64,000 nt of DNA from Candidatus Marinacidobacterales bacterium (GTDB taxonomy: Bacteria > Acidobacteriota > Vicinamibacteria > Marinacidobacterales > SMYC01), in NCBI GenBank assembly GCA_965237685.1, contig CBDEGF010000002.1, positions 487,043 to 551,042 on the forward strand, in the 5' to 3' direction. Below are positions 41,443-51,101 of the stretch, piece after piece. Under the pieces are notes generated by a model. It made no database searches and was not told where the DNA came from. It was given only the letters and a program-made list of their open reading frames with translations. The position numbers and the translations under genes were made by a program. Every line of letters begins with the position of its first letter. Within the stretch, counting starts at the first letter, position 1.

Positions 41443-42456
41443 ATGCCTATTGACAACGACATCCGCCACGACTGGTCCGTGGACGAAGTGCGGACGATCT
41501 ACGGGCAGCCCGCCCTGTCGCTGCTTTACCAAGCCGCCTCGCTCCACCGACGGTTTCACGACCCCTCCGAGGTCCAGGTCTGCACTCTTCTGTCGATCAA
41601 AACGGGTGGTTGTCCGGAAGACTGCGCCTATTGCCCGCAGTCGAGCCGGTACGAGACCGGTGTGAAACCTCACCCGCTGCTTTCCATGGATGAAGTCCTC
41701 GACGCCGCCCAAAAAGCGAAGGCGTCCGGCTCGACCCGCTTTTGCATGGGCGCTGCGTGGCGCGACGTGCGGGACAACGAGGACTTCGAAGCAATTCTGA
41801 AGATGGTCCACGCGGTTCGGGACCTCGAACTGGAGGTCTGCTGCACCCTCGGGATGCTCAATCCGGAGCAAGCGCGCCGCCTCAAGGAGGCCGGATTGAC
41901 CGCGTACAACCACAACTTGGACACCAGCGAATCTTTCTATGCGGAGATCATCAGCACGCGTAGCTATCAGGAAAGACTCGACACCCTAAAGGCGGTTCGC
42001 GACGCGGGCTTGACGGTTTGCTGCGGTGGCATCGTCGGCATGGGAGAAAGCGAGTCCGATCGCATCGAGTTGCTAAAGACCCTGGCGACCCTCGAGCCAC
42101 ACCCCGAGTCCGTGCCCATCAACTTGCTGGTTGCGGTAGAAGGGACGCCGCTTGCGAGCTCCAAGCCGGTACCGACCTGGGACATGATTCGGATGATCGC
42201 CACGGCGAGGATCCTCATGCCTTCGTCCATGGTGAGGCTTTCCGCGGGGCGCTTGAATATGTCCCCGGAAGCCCAGGCTCTCTGCTTTCTCGCCGGCGCG
42301 AACTCCATCTTCGCCGGTGAGAAGTTGCTGACGACGCCCAATCCGTCACGAAGTGAGGACGATTTTCTGTTCGATCAGCTTGGCTTGATGGCCAAGCCAG
42401 CCTTCGATCACGCTGTAGGTGCTTCTCCGCCTGGTGTAAGAGATGCCGGACGCTGA
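41443..42456 (+). CDS. bioB: Biotin synthase
   Basis: GGCPEDCAYCPQS, RFCMGAAWR, YNHNLDT, PESVPIN, VRLSAGR. Confidence 0.97.
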   Translation: MPIDNDIRHDWSVDEVRTIYGQPALSLLYQAASLHRRFHDPSEVQVCTLLSIKTGGCPEDCAYCPQSSRYETGVKPHPLLSMDEVLDAAQKAKASGSTRFCMGAAWRDVRDNEDFEAILKMVHAVRDLELEVCCTLGMLNPEQARRLKEAGLTAYNHNLDTSESFYAEIISTRSYQERLDTLKAVRDAGLTVCCGGIVGMGESESDRIELLKTLATLEPHPESVPINLLVAVEGTPLASSKPVPTWDMIRMIATARILMPSSMVRLSAGRLNMSPEAQALCFLAGANSIFAGEKLLTTPNPSRSEDDFLFDQLGLMAKPAFDHAVGASPPGVRDAGR

Positions 42457-43612
42457 TTTAGAAGCCTACCTGAGGACAGCGATCGAGGAGAGAAAAGCCG
42501 CCAACGCTCTGCGGGCTCTGACCTTGCCTGGCGACCGCATCGATTTCTGCTCGAACGACTACCTCGGTTTCGCGCGTTCTCCCCAGCTTCGCAGCATGGT
42601 GCAGGAACGCCATGCCCGTCGCGAAAACGACTTCCTGGGTTCCACCGGGTCGCGCTTGATCAGCGGAAACTCCGTGCTCTGCGAATCGTTGGAAGCACGG
42701 ATTGCCGATTTTCACGGAGCCAAAGCGGGCCTGATCTTCAACTCCGGCTACGATGCCAACCTCGGCTTGATCTCCTGCGTTCCTCAACGATCGGATACGG
42801 TCCTTTACGACGGGCTCGCGCACGCCTCGATCCGCGACGGCCTCCGTCTGACATTCGCTAAGTCCTACTCGTTTCGCCACAACGACCTGGATGACTTGAA
42901 GCAGAAGATCGGTCTAGGTCGAGGGCAAGTGTTCGTCGCCGTCGAGTCGATCTACTCGATGGATGGCGACGCCGCGCCCTTAGCGGAAATGGCGGAGCTC
43001 TGCCGAGACCACAGTTGTCACTTGATCGTGGACGAGGCGCACGCGACGGGGGTCTTCGGGCCCGGCGGGCGAGGCCGAACCGTCGAGTTCGGCCTCACCG
43101 ACGAGGTCTTCGCCCGCGTCCACACGTTCGGAAAGGGATTGGGAAGCCATGGCGCCATCGTTCTCGGTTCCGATACGCTTCGGACGTTCCTCATCAACTT
43201 TGCGCGCTCGTTCATCTACACGACTTTCTTGCCGCCCCACAGTCTCTTGGCCATTCAGTCCGCTTACGACGTGCTCGGTGAATCCCAGAGACTCGTCGAG
43301 AACCTGCACGACAATATCCAGCTCTTTCGTTCGGGGATACCGGCGGAGCTCGGCAAGTCGTTCATCGAAAGCGATAGCCCCATCCAGTGCTTGCTGATTT
43401 CGGGGAATGAGCGCGTCAGGCACGCCGCCCGCTACTTGCGGGGCGAAGGCTTCGACGTGCGGCCCATCCTGTCACCGACGGTGCCGCGGGGAAAAGAACG
43501 GTTGAGGATTTGCCTCCATGCCTTCAACACACCGAAGGACATTCAACGTCTGACCGAGCTCCTGAGAACCTGCCTCCAGGATGCAGCGCGGCCGGCGGTG
43601 GCCGGGTCATGA
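42443..43612 (+). CDS. bioF: 8-amino-7-oxononanoate synthase
   Basis: FCSNDYLG, GSTGSRLISG, SGYDAN, VDEAH, TFGKG. Confidence 0.95.
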   Translation: MPDADLEAYLRTAIEERKAANALRALTLPGDRIDFCSNDYLGFARSPQLRSMVQERHARRENDFLGSTGSRLISGNSVLCESLEARIADFHGAKAGLIFNSGYDANLGLISCVPQRSDTVLYDGLAHASIRDGLRLTFAKSYSFRHNDLDDLKQKIGLGRGQVFVAVESIYSMDGDAAPLAEMAELCRDHSCHLIVDEAHATGVFGPGGRGRTVEFGLTDEVFARVHTFGKGLGSHGAIVLGSDTLRTFLINFARSFIYTTFLPPHSLLAIQSAYDVLGESQRLVENLHDNIQLFRSGIPAELGKSFIESDSPIQCLLISGNERVRHAARYLRGEGFDVRPILSPTVPRGKERLRICLHAFNTPKDIQRLTELLRTCLQDAARPAVAGS

Positions 43613-44262
43613 GACCGATCTTCGTGACCGGAATCGGGACCGAGGTGGGCAAGACGGTCGTCTCGGCCATCCTCGTCGAAGCATTGTGTGCGGACTACTG
43701 GAAACCCGTTCAGGCCGGCGATTTGGAAGAGACCGACACCGAACGCGTGAGGAAGCTCGTCACCAACAAGCTCTCGCACTTTCATCCCGAGACCGTGCGC
43801 TTGCGGATACCCGCGTCCCCGCACGCCGCGGCCAAATTGGAGGGACGGAAGATCGATCTCGATAGGTTCGAGCTTCCTTCAGCTACTCGAGGAAGGCCTC
43901 TCGTCATCGAAGGTGCCGGTGGGGTGCTCGTACCGCTCAACGAACGCCATTCGATGGTGGATCTCATCGCGAAGCTCCGCTGCGAGACCGTCGTGGTCTC
44001 TAGAAATTACCTGGGAAGCATCAACCACACGCTCTTGACCATCGAAGCACTGCGCCGGCGCGGAATCAAGATACTCGGTCTCGTTTTCAATGGCGCAGAA
44101 AACTCCGAGACCGAGTCTGTGATCCTGAGCAAGACCGGCGTCGCCCTCTTGGGATGCGTTCGATGGGAAGCGACGCTCACCCCGGAGCTCATTCGACGTT
44201 ATGCAGACGAATTCGCGCCTGCATGGGCCCGCCACGGTCGGCAGTGGGCGGTCGGCACGTAG
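43609..44262 (+). CDS. bioD: Dethiobiotin synthase
   Basis: TGIGTEVGKT, WKPVQAG, EGAGG, LGSINHTLLT. Confidence 0.95.
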   Translation: MRPIFVTGIGTEVGKTVVSAILVEALCADYWKPVQAGDLEETDTERVRKLVTNKLSHFHPETVRLRIPASPHAAAKLEGRKIDLDRFELPSATRGRPLVIEGAGGVLVPLNERHSMVDLIAKLRCETVVVSRNYLGSINHTLLTIEALRRRGIKILGLVFNGAENSETESVILSKTGVALLGCVRWEATLTPELIRRYADEFAPAWARHGRQWAVGT

Positions 44263-44319
44263 CGCAACGGGCCATTTAGACATATCAGGCGCACTAAGCT
44301 TCTTTCACTTCTGAAAAAG

Positions 44320-45618
44320 ATGAATCTGGTCGAACGCGATCGCCGGGCGATCTGGCACCCTTACACCCAGATGAAAACCGCCGATCCACCGATTGCCATC
44401 ACACGCGGCGAAGGCACCTTGCTGTTCGATGAGGACGGCCGCGCCTACATCGATGCCATCTCGTCATGGTGGGTCTGCCTGCACGGGCATTCCCATCCTC
44501 ACATCGCCAGGAAAATTCAGGAGCAGCTGGCGCGCTTGGACCACGTCCTCTTCGCCGGATTCACTCACGCCCCCGCAGTAACGCTGGCGGAACGGCTGCT
44601 TCAAAAAATGCCCGAGAACCACGCAAAGTTGTTCTTCTCGGACAACGGATCCACGGCGGTCGAGGTGGGTCTCAAGATGGCGATTCAGTACTGGGTGAAT
44701 CGCGGCATAGAGAAACGGCGCATCATTGCCCTCGAGAACGGCTATCACGGAGATACGTTCGGAGCCATGTCGGCGAGCGGCAGAGGCGCCTTCGTCCAAC
44801 CCTTCGCACCCTTTCTCTTCGAGGTGAGCCACCTTCCGGCACCCACTCCGGGCCACGAAGAAGAAACGCTGGCCGCATTGAAGAACGTACTGAGCAACGG
44901 AGACGTCGCTGCGTTCATCTTCGAGCCCTTGGTGCAAGGCGCTGGCGGAATGATCATGTATGCTCCGGATGTTCTGAAGGATCTCCTCACTCTATGCAGA
45001 CAACACGACGTCGTTACCATTGCCGACGAAGTGATGACCGGGTTCGGACGGTGCGGCCGATTCCTGGCAGTCGACCACCAGGATGTACCTCCGGATATCG
45101 TTTGCCTGTCGAAAGGGCTCACCGGCGGTACGCTCCCGATGGGAGCTACGAGCTGCTCGGGTAACATTTACGAGGCGTTTCACTCGGAGGACAAGAGGCA
45201 CACGTTTTTCCACGGGCACTCCTTTGCGGCGAATCCCGTCGGATGTGCAACCGCTCTCGCCAGTCTGGACCTTCTGGAGCGCGACACGTGCGGGGAAGAC
45301 ATTCGACGCATCGAGGCGCGTCACAGGGATCAGATCGAGGCATTCCGAGATCACCGTTTGGTGCGAGACGCGCGTCAGACTGGCACTATTCTGGCCGTGG
45401 AGATCGACTCTGGAAGCGAGACCTCCTATTTCAACGAGATCCGCGACCAGCTCTATCGCTCCTTCCTCGAAAAGGGCGTCCTACTCCGCCCGCTCGGCAA
45501 CGTGGTCTACGTGCTGCCTCCGTACTGTATCTCCGACGAGCAGCTCGACACCGTCTACCACAGTATTGAAGATGCCCTCGAGGCCCTTGCACGAGTTGAT
45601 GAGCGAGGCCGCCGGTGA
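44320..45618 (+). CDS. bioA: DAPA aminotransferase
   Basis: WHPYTQ, SSWW, YHGDTFG, DEVMTGFGR, SKGLTGG. Confidence 0.96.
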   Translation: MNLVERDRRAIWHPYTQMKTADPPIAITRGEGTLLFDEDGRAYIDAISSWWVCLHGHSHPHIARKIQEQLARLDHVLFAGFTHAPAVTLAERLLQKMPENHAKLFFSDNGSTAVEVGLKMAIQYWVNRGIEKRRIIALENGYHGDTFGAMSASGRGAFVQPFAPFLFEVSHLPAPTPGHEEETLAALKNVLSNGDVAAFIFEPLVQGAGGMIMYAPDVLKDLLTLCRQHDVVTIADEVMTGFGRCGRFLAVDHQDVPPDIVCLSKGLTGGTLPMGATSCSGNIYEAFHSEDKRHTFFHGHSFAANPVGCATALASLDLLERDTCGEDIRRIEARHRDQIEAFRDHRLVRDARQTGTILAVEIDSGSETSYFNEIRDQLYRSFLEKGVLLRPLGNVVYVLPPYCISDEQLDTVYHSIEDALEALARVDERGRR

Positions 45619-45629
45619 CGACAAAGCCC

Positions 45630-46450
45630 GTAGTGTGCCAATACTAGGTAGTTTCACTGTCTCCACCCCAGTCGCGGAGAGCGTGGCGCAGAATGACGCT
45701 GAGAACAGCAGGTCTCGATCGTGGATGAGAAATCGAGCGTCGCGAAGAAATCCATCGATCGCGTCCGTCAAGTTTCGCGCCATTTGCTTCATCCAATCAT
45801 CGTAGGGCTGATGGCCGATGCCCGCGATCTCGACACGACGGGTCTTGAGGTCGATGACGAAAAGCACGAAGTAGCGAATCAATCCGCGGGTGGTAAGCAC
45901 TTCCACGGTGAGGAAATCCGTCGCAGCTATAGCCCCCCAATGGGCTTTCAGAAACGTGCTCCAGGGGGTGCGTTTGTCCCTCGCGGGTGCGGGCTCGATA
46001 CCGTGTTCCGCGAGGATGCGTTTCACGGTATTTCTGCCGACCTCATGGCCCATGTTAGCGAGAGCCCCACAAATCCTCGTATAGCCCCAGCTTGAATTTT
46101 CTTTCGCTCATGCGGCGTTCCGGTAGTGTGCCAAAACTCGGCCGACGCGAAGCAGCACCTCGCAGGGTGGCGTCTTCCAGAAGTAAGAATAGCCCCGCTG
46201 CCCCGAACAGCTAGAATGCGGCCTATGCAGCCCCACCTATGGCGGTTCCTCGCGTTGACCTTCGCAGGGTGGGTCAACCGGTCCCAGCAGGATGCGATCG
46301 AATACCTGAAGGAAGAGAATCGAGTTCTCCGGGAGCAGCTCGGCGCTCGTCGCCTACGTTTCACCGATGACCAGCGTCGACGTCTGGCAGCGAAGGCGAA
46401 GGCGTTGTGCCGGGAGAACCTGAAGGAAATCGCCGAGCTCGTGATCAAGG
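45630..46450. mobile_element. Split integrase-core (rve) transposase element, halves in opposite orientation
   Basis: Minus-strand core (FLKAHW..IAATDFLTVEV, IHDRD) at 45650-46100; plus-strand N-terminus ([22 protein letters not shown]) at 46225-46445; GTAGTGTGCCAA at 45630 and 46123. Confidence 0.8.
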
Positions 46451-46638
46451 CCACATTGCAGCATGTACTCGAGGGTGATGACGGCCGAGTGATCGGCATT
46501 CATCATAACAGCGGAGAACGGAACGGCAATCGTCTCGATGTAGGCTGCTGTATCGACTTCGAGGTCAAGGACGGCCGCATTGTCAGCGGTCGGGAGCACT
46601 TCTACGACCTTTACGCCTGGGACAAATTCTGGTCGTAG
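46450..46638 (+). pseudogene. SnoaL/NTF2-like C-terminal fragment fused to transposase N-terminus
   Basis: [19 protein letters not shown]...[26 protein letters not shown]. Confidence 0.65.
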
Positions 46639-46738
46639 CGCCTCGGGGCAGCCGCGCGGCGGGGCACGCGGGGCAAGTTGCTTTGCCTCGCGCCGTCCCG
46701 GTGGCGCTGGCCTCGGCGCACGGGTTCATATCTAGGGG

Positions 46739-47086
46739 ATGCCCGACGTATGGGTGATGCTGATGCGCACTTTTGGTGCATCGCTGTACTCGGCCTGCAA
46801 AGGGAGCTACATCCTCGACTATTTCGCACGCGAAGGGGCGAGCGACCCGGCGTTGGTGTCGATGATGAACGTCTTTCGCAAGACGCCCGAGGGCATCTTC
46901 CACACCTGGGGCTCGGAGCTCGTCAGCCACCCGAAGGAAAACGGCCATCCGTGTCACGTGGACATGGTGTGGCCGTTCTGGAACCTGCTCGACATGACGT
47001 CGGACGGCCGAGGCGAGCTTTCGATCCCGATCCAGAACTACGAGCACGCCTACTTTTCCGAGCACGTTTACGGCGGGGAAAGCTGA
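46739..47086 (+). pseudogene. DUF899-like thioredoxin-family C-terminal fragment
   Basis: VFRK..EGIFHTW...HVDMVWPFWNLLDMT..GR. Confidence 0.6.
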
Positions 47087-47211
47087 GGAAGCCTCGATCC
47101 TAGGTGCCAACCGTTTGCTCCCCAGACGCCGTCACGCGTGGAGATGCGTTCTGTTCATCGGCGAGCGATCGGCCGTTGCGATCGCACGATGTTTCGCGTA
47201 TACAGTGCCCC

Positions 47212-48450
47212 ATGACTGACAGCTCCCTCTCACGCCGACGATTCCTTCAAGCCGTTGGTGCCGCGAGCGTCTGGACACAGGCCTCGGCATCTGCCGTGTC
47301 AGGCGCCGAGGCGCGCTCCGTGACCCTTCAGGCCGCTCGCGAGGTAGGGATATCGAAGTGGGTTCTAGACACTCCCGCGCTGTGTGTCGACCTCGATGCG
47401 CTCGAGGCCAACCTCGCCACGATGCAGCAGACGCTCAGCCGCAACGGGATTGCGAGCCGCCCGCACGTCAAGACCCACAAGTGCCCAGCCATCGCACGGC
47501 TCCAGCTCGCGGGTGGCTCCGTGGGCATCTGCGCTGCCAAGGTGAGCGAGGCAGAGGTGATGTTCGAGCACGGGATCGACCGGATCCTCATGACGACCGC
47601 CAACATGACGCCGTACAAGATCCAACGGGCGATGACGCTACGCAAATGGTGCACGGAATTCGTCCAGGCCACGGACAGTCCGGCCAACGCGCGTGACCTC
47701 TCCGAGGCGGCAGAGGCCGCTGCTCTGGTCGCGGATGTCGTGATCGATGTCGATCCTGGAGGGCATCGCACGGGCATTACGCCGGGCGAGCCGGCCCTCG
47801 ACCTCGCGCGTCTCGTGGACGGGCTCCCCGGCCTGAGGCTGCGCGGCATGCTCTGTTACGACGGCGGCTCTCAACACGTGCAGGGCTTCGAGAACAGGAA
47901 AGCACAGACGCTGGAGCGGCTCGTGCCAGCCGCTGAAACGCTGGTGTCATTTCAACGGTCAGGGTTGAACACCGAGATCTTCAGCGGCGGTGGGACAGGC
48001 ACGTACAACATCGACCACGAGACCGCAGGTCTCACCGACGTGCAGGTTGGGAGCTACGTCTTCATGGATGCCCAGTATCTCGCGATCGGCGGTAAGACGG
48101 ACCCGGAGGTGTATTCCGACTTCGAGCCGTCGCTGACGATTCTGACCACGGTGCTGAACGACCAGTACGAAGGCCGTGTCACGACGGACGCGGGCGCGAA
48201 GGCGTGCACGATCAACCAACCATGGCCCATCGTGAAAGGTGAGACTGGCATGACGTATCGGTCGGGGTCCGATGAGTTCGGATCGATCCGTTACGAAGAC
48301 GCCAGCCGAACGTACCGCGCGGGCGACAAGCTCGAGCTGATCGTCTCCCACTGCGACCCGGTTGTGAACCTCTACAATCAGATGTACGCGATCCGGAACG
48401 ACCGCGTGGAGGCTGTCTGGCCGGTGGCGGCACGCGGGAAGTCCACGTAG
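47212..48450 (+). CDS. DSD1/D-threonine aldolase-like PLP enzyme with Tat signal
   Basis: SRRRFL, RPHVKTHK, SGGGTGT, QVGSYVFMD, HCDPVVN. Confidence 0.9.
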   Translation: MTDSSLSRRRFLQAVGAASVWTQASASAVSGAEARSVTLQAAREVGISKWVLDTPALCVDLDALEANLATMQQTLSRNGIASRPHVKTHKCPAIARLQLAGGSVGICAAKVSEAEVMFEHGIDRILMTTANMTPYKIQRAMTLRKWCTEFVQATDSPANARDLSEAAEAAALVADVVIDVDPGGHRTGITPGEPALDLARLVDGLPGLRLRGMLCYDGGSQHVQGFENRKAQTLERLVPAAETLVSFQRSGLNTEIFSGGGTGTYNIDHETAGLTDVQVGSYVFMDAQYLAIGGKTDPEVYSDFEPSLTILTTVLNDQYEGRVTTDAGAKACTINQPWPIVKGETGMTYRSGSDEFGSIRYEDASRTYRAGDKLELIVSHCDPVVNLYNQMYAIRNDRVEAVWPVAARGKST

Positions 48451-48716
48451 GCCGATCTGGCCCGGTGTTTCGCCCCTTTCAGGCTGGCCTCTCCGTCGCA
48501 GGAGGAGATTGAGATGACGGCAAGTTTCGCGACGGGTGCTGTTCGATGTCCGACTAAGAACCAAAAAAGAAGGTGGGCGATCCGACAGACCGCTCGGTCC
48601 AGATCGGGCCGCTGGCGCGGAAGGACTTGAAAGACGTGTCCTTGCGGCAGCAGTGCGTGACTTAGGTGCTGTTGGGTTCGTAAGCTGAGCGGAGAGATTG
48701 CTCAAGGAGGCCATCG

Positions 48717-49259
48717 ATGCGCTCAAAGAAGGCAGAACTCGAAGACGTTGTGAAACAGTTCGAAGCATGGCGGGCGAAGCCACACGGACGGCTGATCCCG
48801 GAGGAGTTGTGGAAAGCGGCGCTGGGGTTGCTCGATCGGTATGCGCCGAGCACGATCTGCAGTCATCTCCGAGTCAATGCGGCGCGATTCAAACAGGTCC
48901 GAGAGAGTGGAGGGGCCGTTGTGGGCGAGAAGCGTTTCAAGGGGCACGGGCGAACGGGTGCTACGGGTCGGTCCCCGCGCACAGTACAGGATCGGAGCGC
49001 GGCGGAGCGGGTCACGGCGTTAGCTCCAAGTGGCAACGCGTTCGTCGAGCTGCCGCAGTTCGGCATGGGCTTAGGGGGCGGCATGATGACACCGCCGCTC
49101 GGCGAGGTTCAGCATGGAGCGAGCAGATGCCGTCTGACGGTGGAGAGCGCAGCGGGGAGCCTCACGGTCGTGACGGCGAGCGGCGAGGGTGAGAATGAGT
49201 TGGTCGAAGCCGTGTGTCGTTTCGTGCTCGGCGCGCTGGAAGGCAGCTCCCGAGCATGA
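48717..49259 (+). CDS. IS66 TnpA-like protein
   Basis: FEAWR...IPEELWKAA, AFVEL; ATGA overlap with tnpB. Confidence 0.75.
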   Translation: MRSKKAELEDVVKQFEAWRAKPHGRLIPEELWKAALGLLDRYAPSTICSHLRVNAARFKQVRESGGAVVGEKRFKGHGRTGATGRSPRTVQDRSAAERVTALAPSGNAFVELPQFGMGLGGGMMTPPLGEVQHGASRCRLTVESAAGSLTVVTASGEGENELVEAVCRFVLGALEGSSRA

Positions 49260-49609
49260 TCCAGCTCGTTCCCCAGCTGAAGGTGCTGGTTGCCTGCGAG
49301 CCCGTCGATTTCCGCAAGGGCATCGATTCTTTGGCTTGTGTGTGCCGGCAACAGTTCCAGCTCGACCCATTCCTCGGAACGCTATTCGTTTTCCGCAACC
49401 GTTCAGGCACGGCCCTCAAACTATTGGTCTACGACGGCCAGGGCTTTTGGTTGTGCCAGAAGCGTTTCTCGAAGGGGCGCCTGCAGTGGTGGCCGCGTCA
49501 GACGACGGATGGCGTTGCGGCGCTACCCGCCGAGCAGTTGGCGGTGCTTATCTACAACGGACTTCCGCTGCGAGCGGGGATGGCCGAGCCGTGGCGGCGG
49601 GTCGGTTGA
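49256..49609 (+). CDS. tnpB: IS66 accessory protein TnpB
   Basis: EPVDFRKGIDSL, LFVFRNR, LVYDGQGFWLCQKRFSKGR. Confidence 0.93.
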   Translation: MIQLVPQLKVLVACEPVDFRKGIDSLACVCRQQFQLDPFLGTLFVFRNRSGTALKLLVYDGQGFWLCQKRFSKGRLQWWPRQTTDGVAALPAEQLAVLIYNGLPLRAGMAEPWRRVG

Positions 49610-51101
49610 GCCTTTCCAACGTCTTCTGGTAGCTCCAAGGCAGCCACGACTCGGGTGCTGCTCTAGCGTCTCGAGCGTGCATGGAGATGTTCGTCAGATA
49701 GTGCACCGGGTCGACACCGTTTTTTACCGCGGTGCGGATCATGCTCAGGAGCACGTCGCCCACGTCGGCGCCTGCCTGGGTCTTGAAGAAGAGCGAGTTC
49801 TTGCGATGCCGTTGTGAGGGCTTCAGCTCCTGCTCGACCTCGTTGTTGTCGAGGGGCACGCCCGGCACTTCGCGGAAGCGGGTTAGCCCTTGCCAGTGAT
49901 TTTTGACGTAGGAAAAGGCTTTTCCAAGGCGGCTGTTGGGCTCCACCACGCGCTCGCGGAACTGCTTTTCGATCCACTCGTAGAGCGCATCCATCACCGG
50001 CCGGCTGTGTTGCTGGTGATATGCAAGCCGCGCATCGGGGGTCATGTCGCGCGTTTCGTCGTCGTTGCGGTAGATGGTCGCGATGTCCTCGAGCACCCGC
50101 TCGCAGTGTTCGGGGAAGGCTGGCTCGGCCTCGAAGAAGTAGCGGCGTGCGTGCACCATGCACTTGGCGGTAATCCGTCGCGGCGAGCGCGGTGCCATCG
50201 AGGAGGCGTCGGCCATATGGATGACATCGCTCTCCTGAACGGTGCGCTGATTCAGGAGCCGGTCCATGTTTTCGCCCGCATGCCGTCGTCCGCTCGCGTA
50301 CAGGATGATCGGAGCAAGCGTGGCGTCCAAGCCGCGGGCAACAATGCCCGTGGTGAAGATGCCCGTGCGCTCGCCTTTGCCTTGAGTCAAGGTCTCGTTC
50401 TCCGCCATCAACGTGAGGATCCGTGCGCCGGTGTCGTCACTGTGAACCAGCGGCCGGTTCGCGGCTATCGTCTCCATGTGGCGGAAGACCGGGAACACGG
50501 CATTCGCCATCGCTTCGACCCGCTCGAACTGCGTGGAGGCGGCAAACGGAACCCCCGCCCACTTTTGCCACTGCGCCAGGCGGTGGTGGGGCATGCCCAT
50601 GGCGTAGCGCAACACCGAAACGACCGCGTCCACACTCGGATGGTACTTGCTCGCCCAGGCCTGAGACGGAAGTGGCGCTGTGAACGTCTTCTGGCAACTT
50701 GCGCATCGCAGCATCTGGCGCTCGTACACCGTCGCCTGGATCGGCGGCTGAGCCTTCAGCTCCACATCCTTGTTCGCCGCATGGGTGTCGTAGAGCTTGC
50801 CCCGGCACAGTGGCTCGGGGCAGGGGCCGCTCGCCTTCAGCTCGGGATGCGAAACCGCTACGTGCTCGGCACCAGGGTAGTCCTTGGCCCCGTTGCGCCC
50901 GTGGCCCTTGTTCTTCCCTTTCCCCTTTGCCTTCGTGCGTTTCGCGCGACGTTCCGTTGTCGCCATGCCAGCGCCTCGACGATGGCGACATCGCAGCAGA
51001 TGACGCACCGCCTCGAGCAGCACCGGACACGCATCCTCGGGAATCTCCCCTTTCGACAGCCGCTCTTCCAGGCGCAGGAGCTCGGCCCGCTCGACCTTCA
51101 T
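49548..51101 (-). CDS. tnpC: IS66 TnpC transposase
   Basis: GHGRNGA, Zn-ribbon CPEPLC..CASC, HSDDT, MADAS, CMVHARR, PLDNNEVE, RKNSLF, WLPW. Confidence 0.92.
   Translation of the reverse strand: MKVERAELLRLEERLSKGEIPEDACPVLLEAVRHLLRCRHRRGAGMATTERRAKRTKAKGKGKNKGHGRNGAKDYPGAEHVAVSHPELKASGPCPEPLCRGKLYDTHAANKDVELKAQPPIQATVYERQMLRCASCQKTFTAPLPSQAWASKYHPSVDAVVSVLRYAMGMPHHRLAQWQKWAGVPFAASTQFERVEAMANAVFPVFRHMETIAANRPLVHSDDTGARILTLMAENETLTQGKGERTGIFTTGIVARGLDATLAPIILYASGRRHAGENMDRLLNQRTVQESDVIHMADASSMAPRSPRRITAKCMVHARRYFFEAEPAFPEHCERVLEDIATIYRNDDETRDMTPDARLAYHQQHSRPVMDALYEWIEKQFRERVVEPNSRLGKAFSYVKNHWQGLTRFREVPGVPLDNNEVEQELKPSQRHRKNSLFFKTQAGADVGDVLLSMIRTAVKNGVDPVHYLTNISMHARDARAAPESWLPWSYQKTLERLNRPAATARPSPLAAEVRCR

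Noticed and set aside
28338-49609. tnpB genes as RNA-guided TnpB nucleases
   Set aside because: These are the ~120-aa IS66 accessory TnpB, unrelated to IS200/IS605 TnpB
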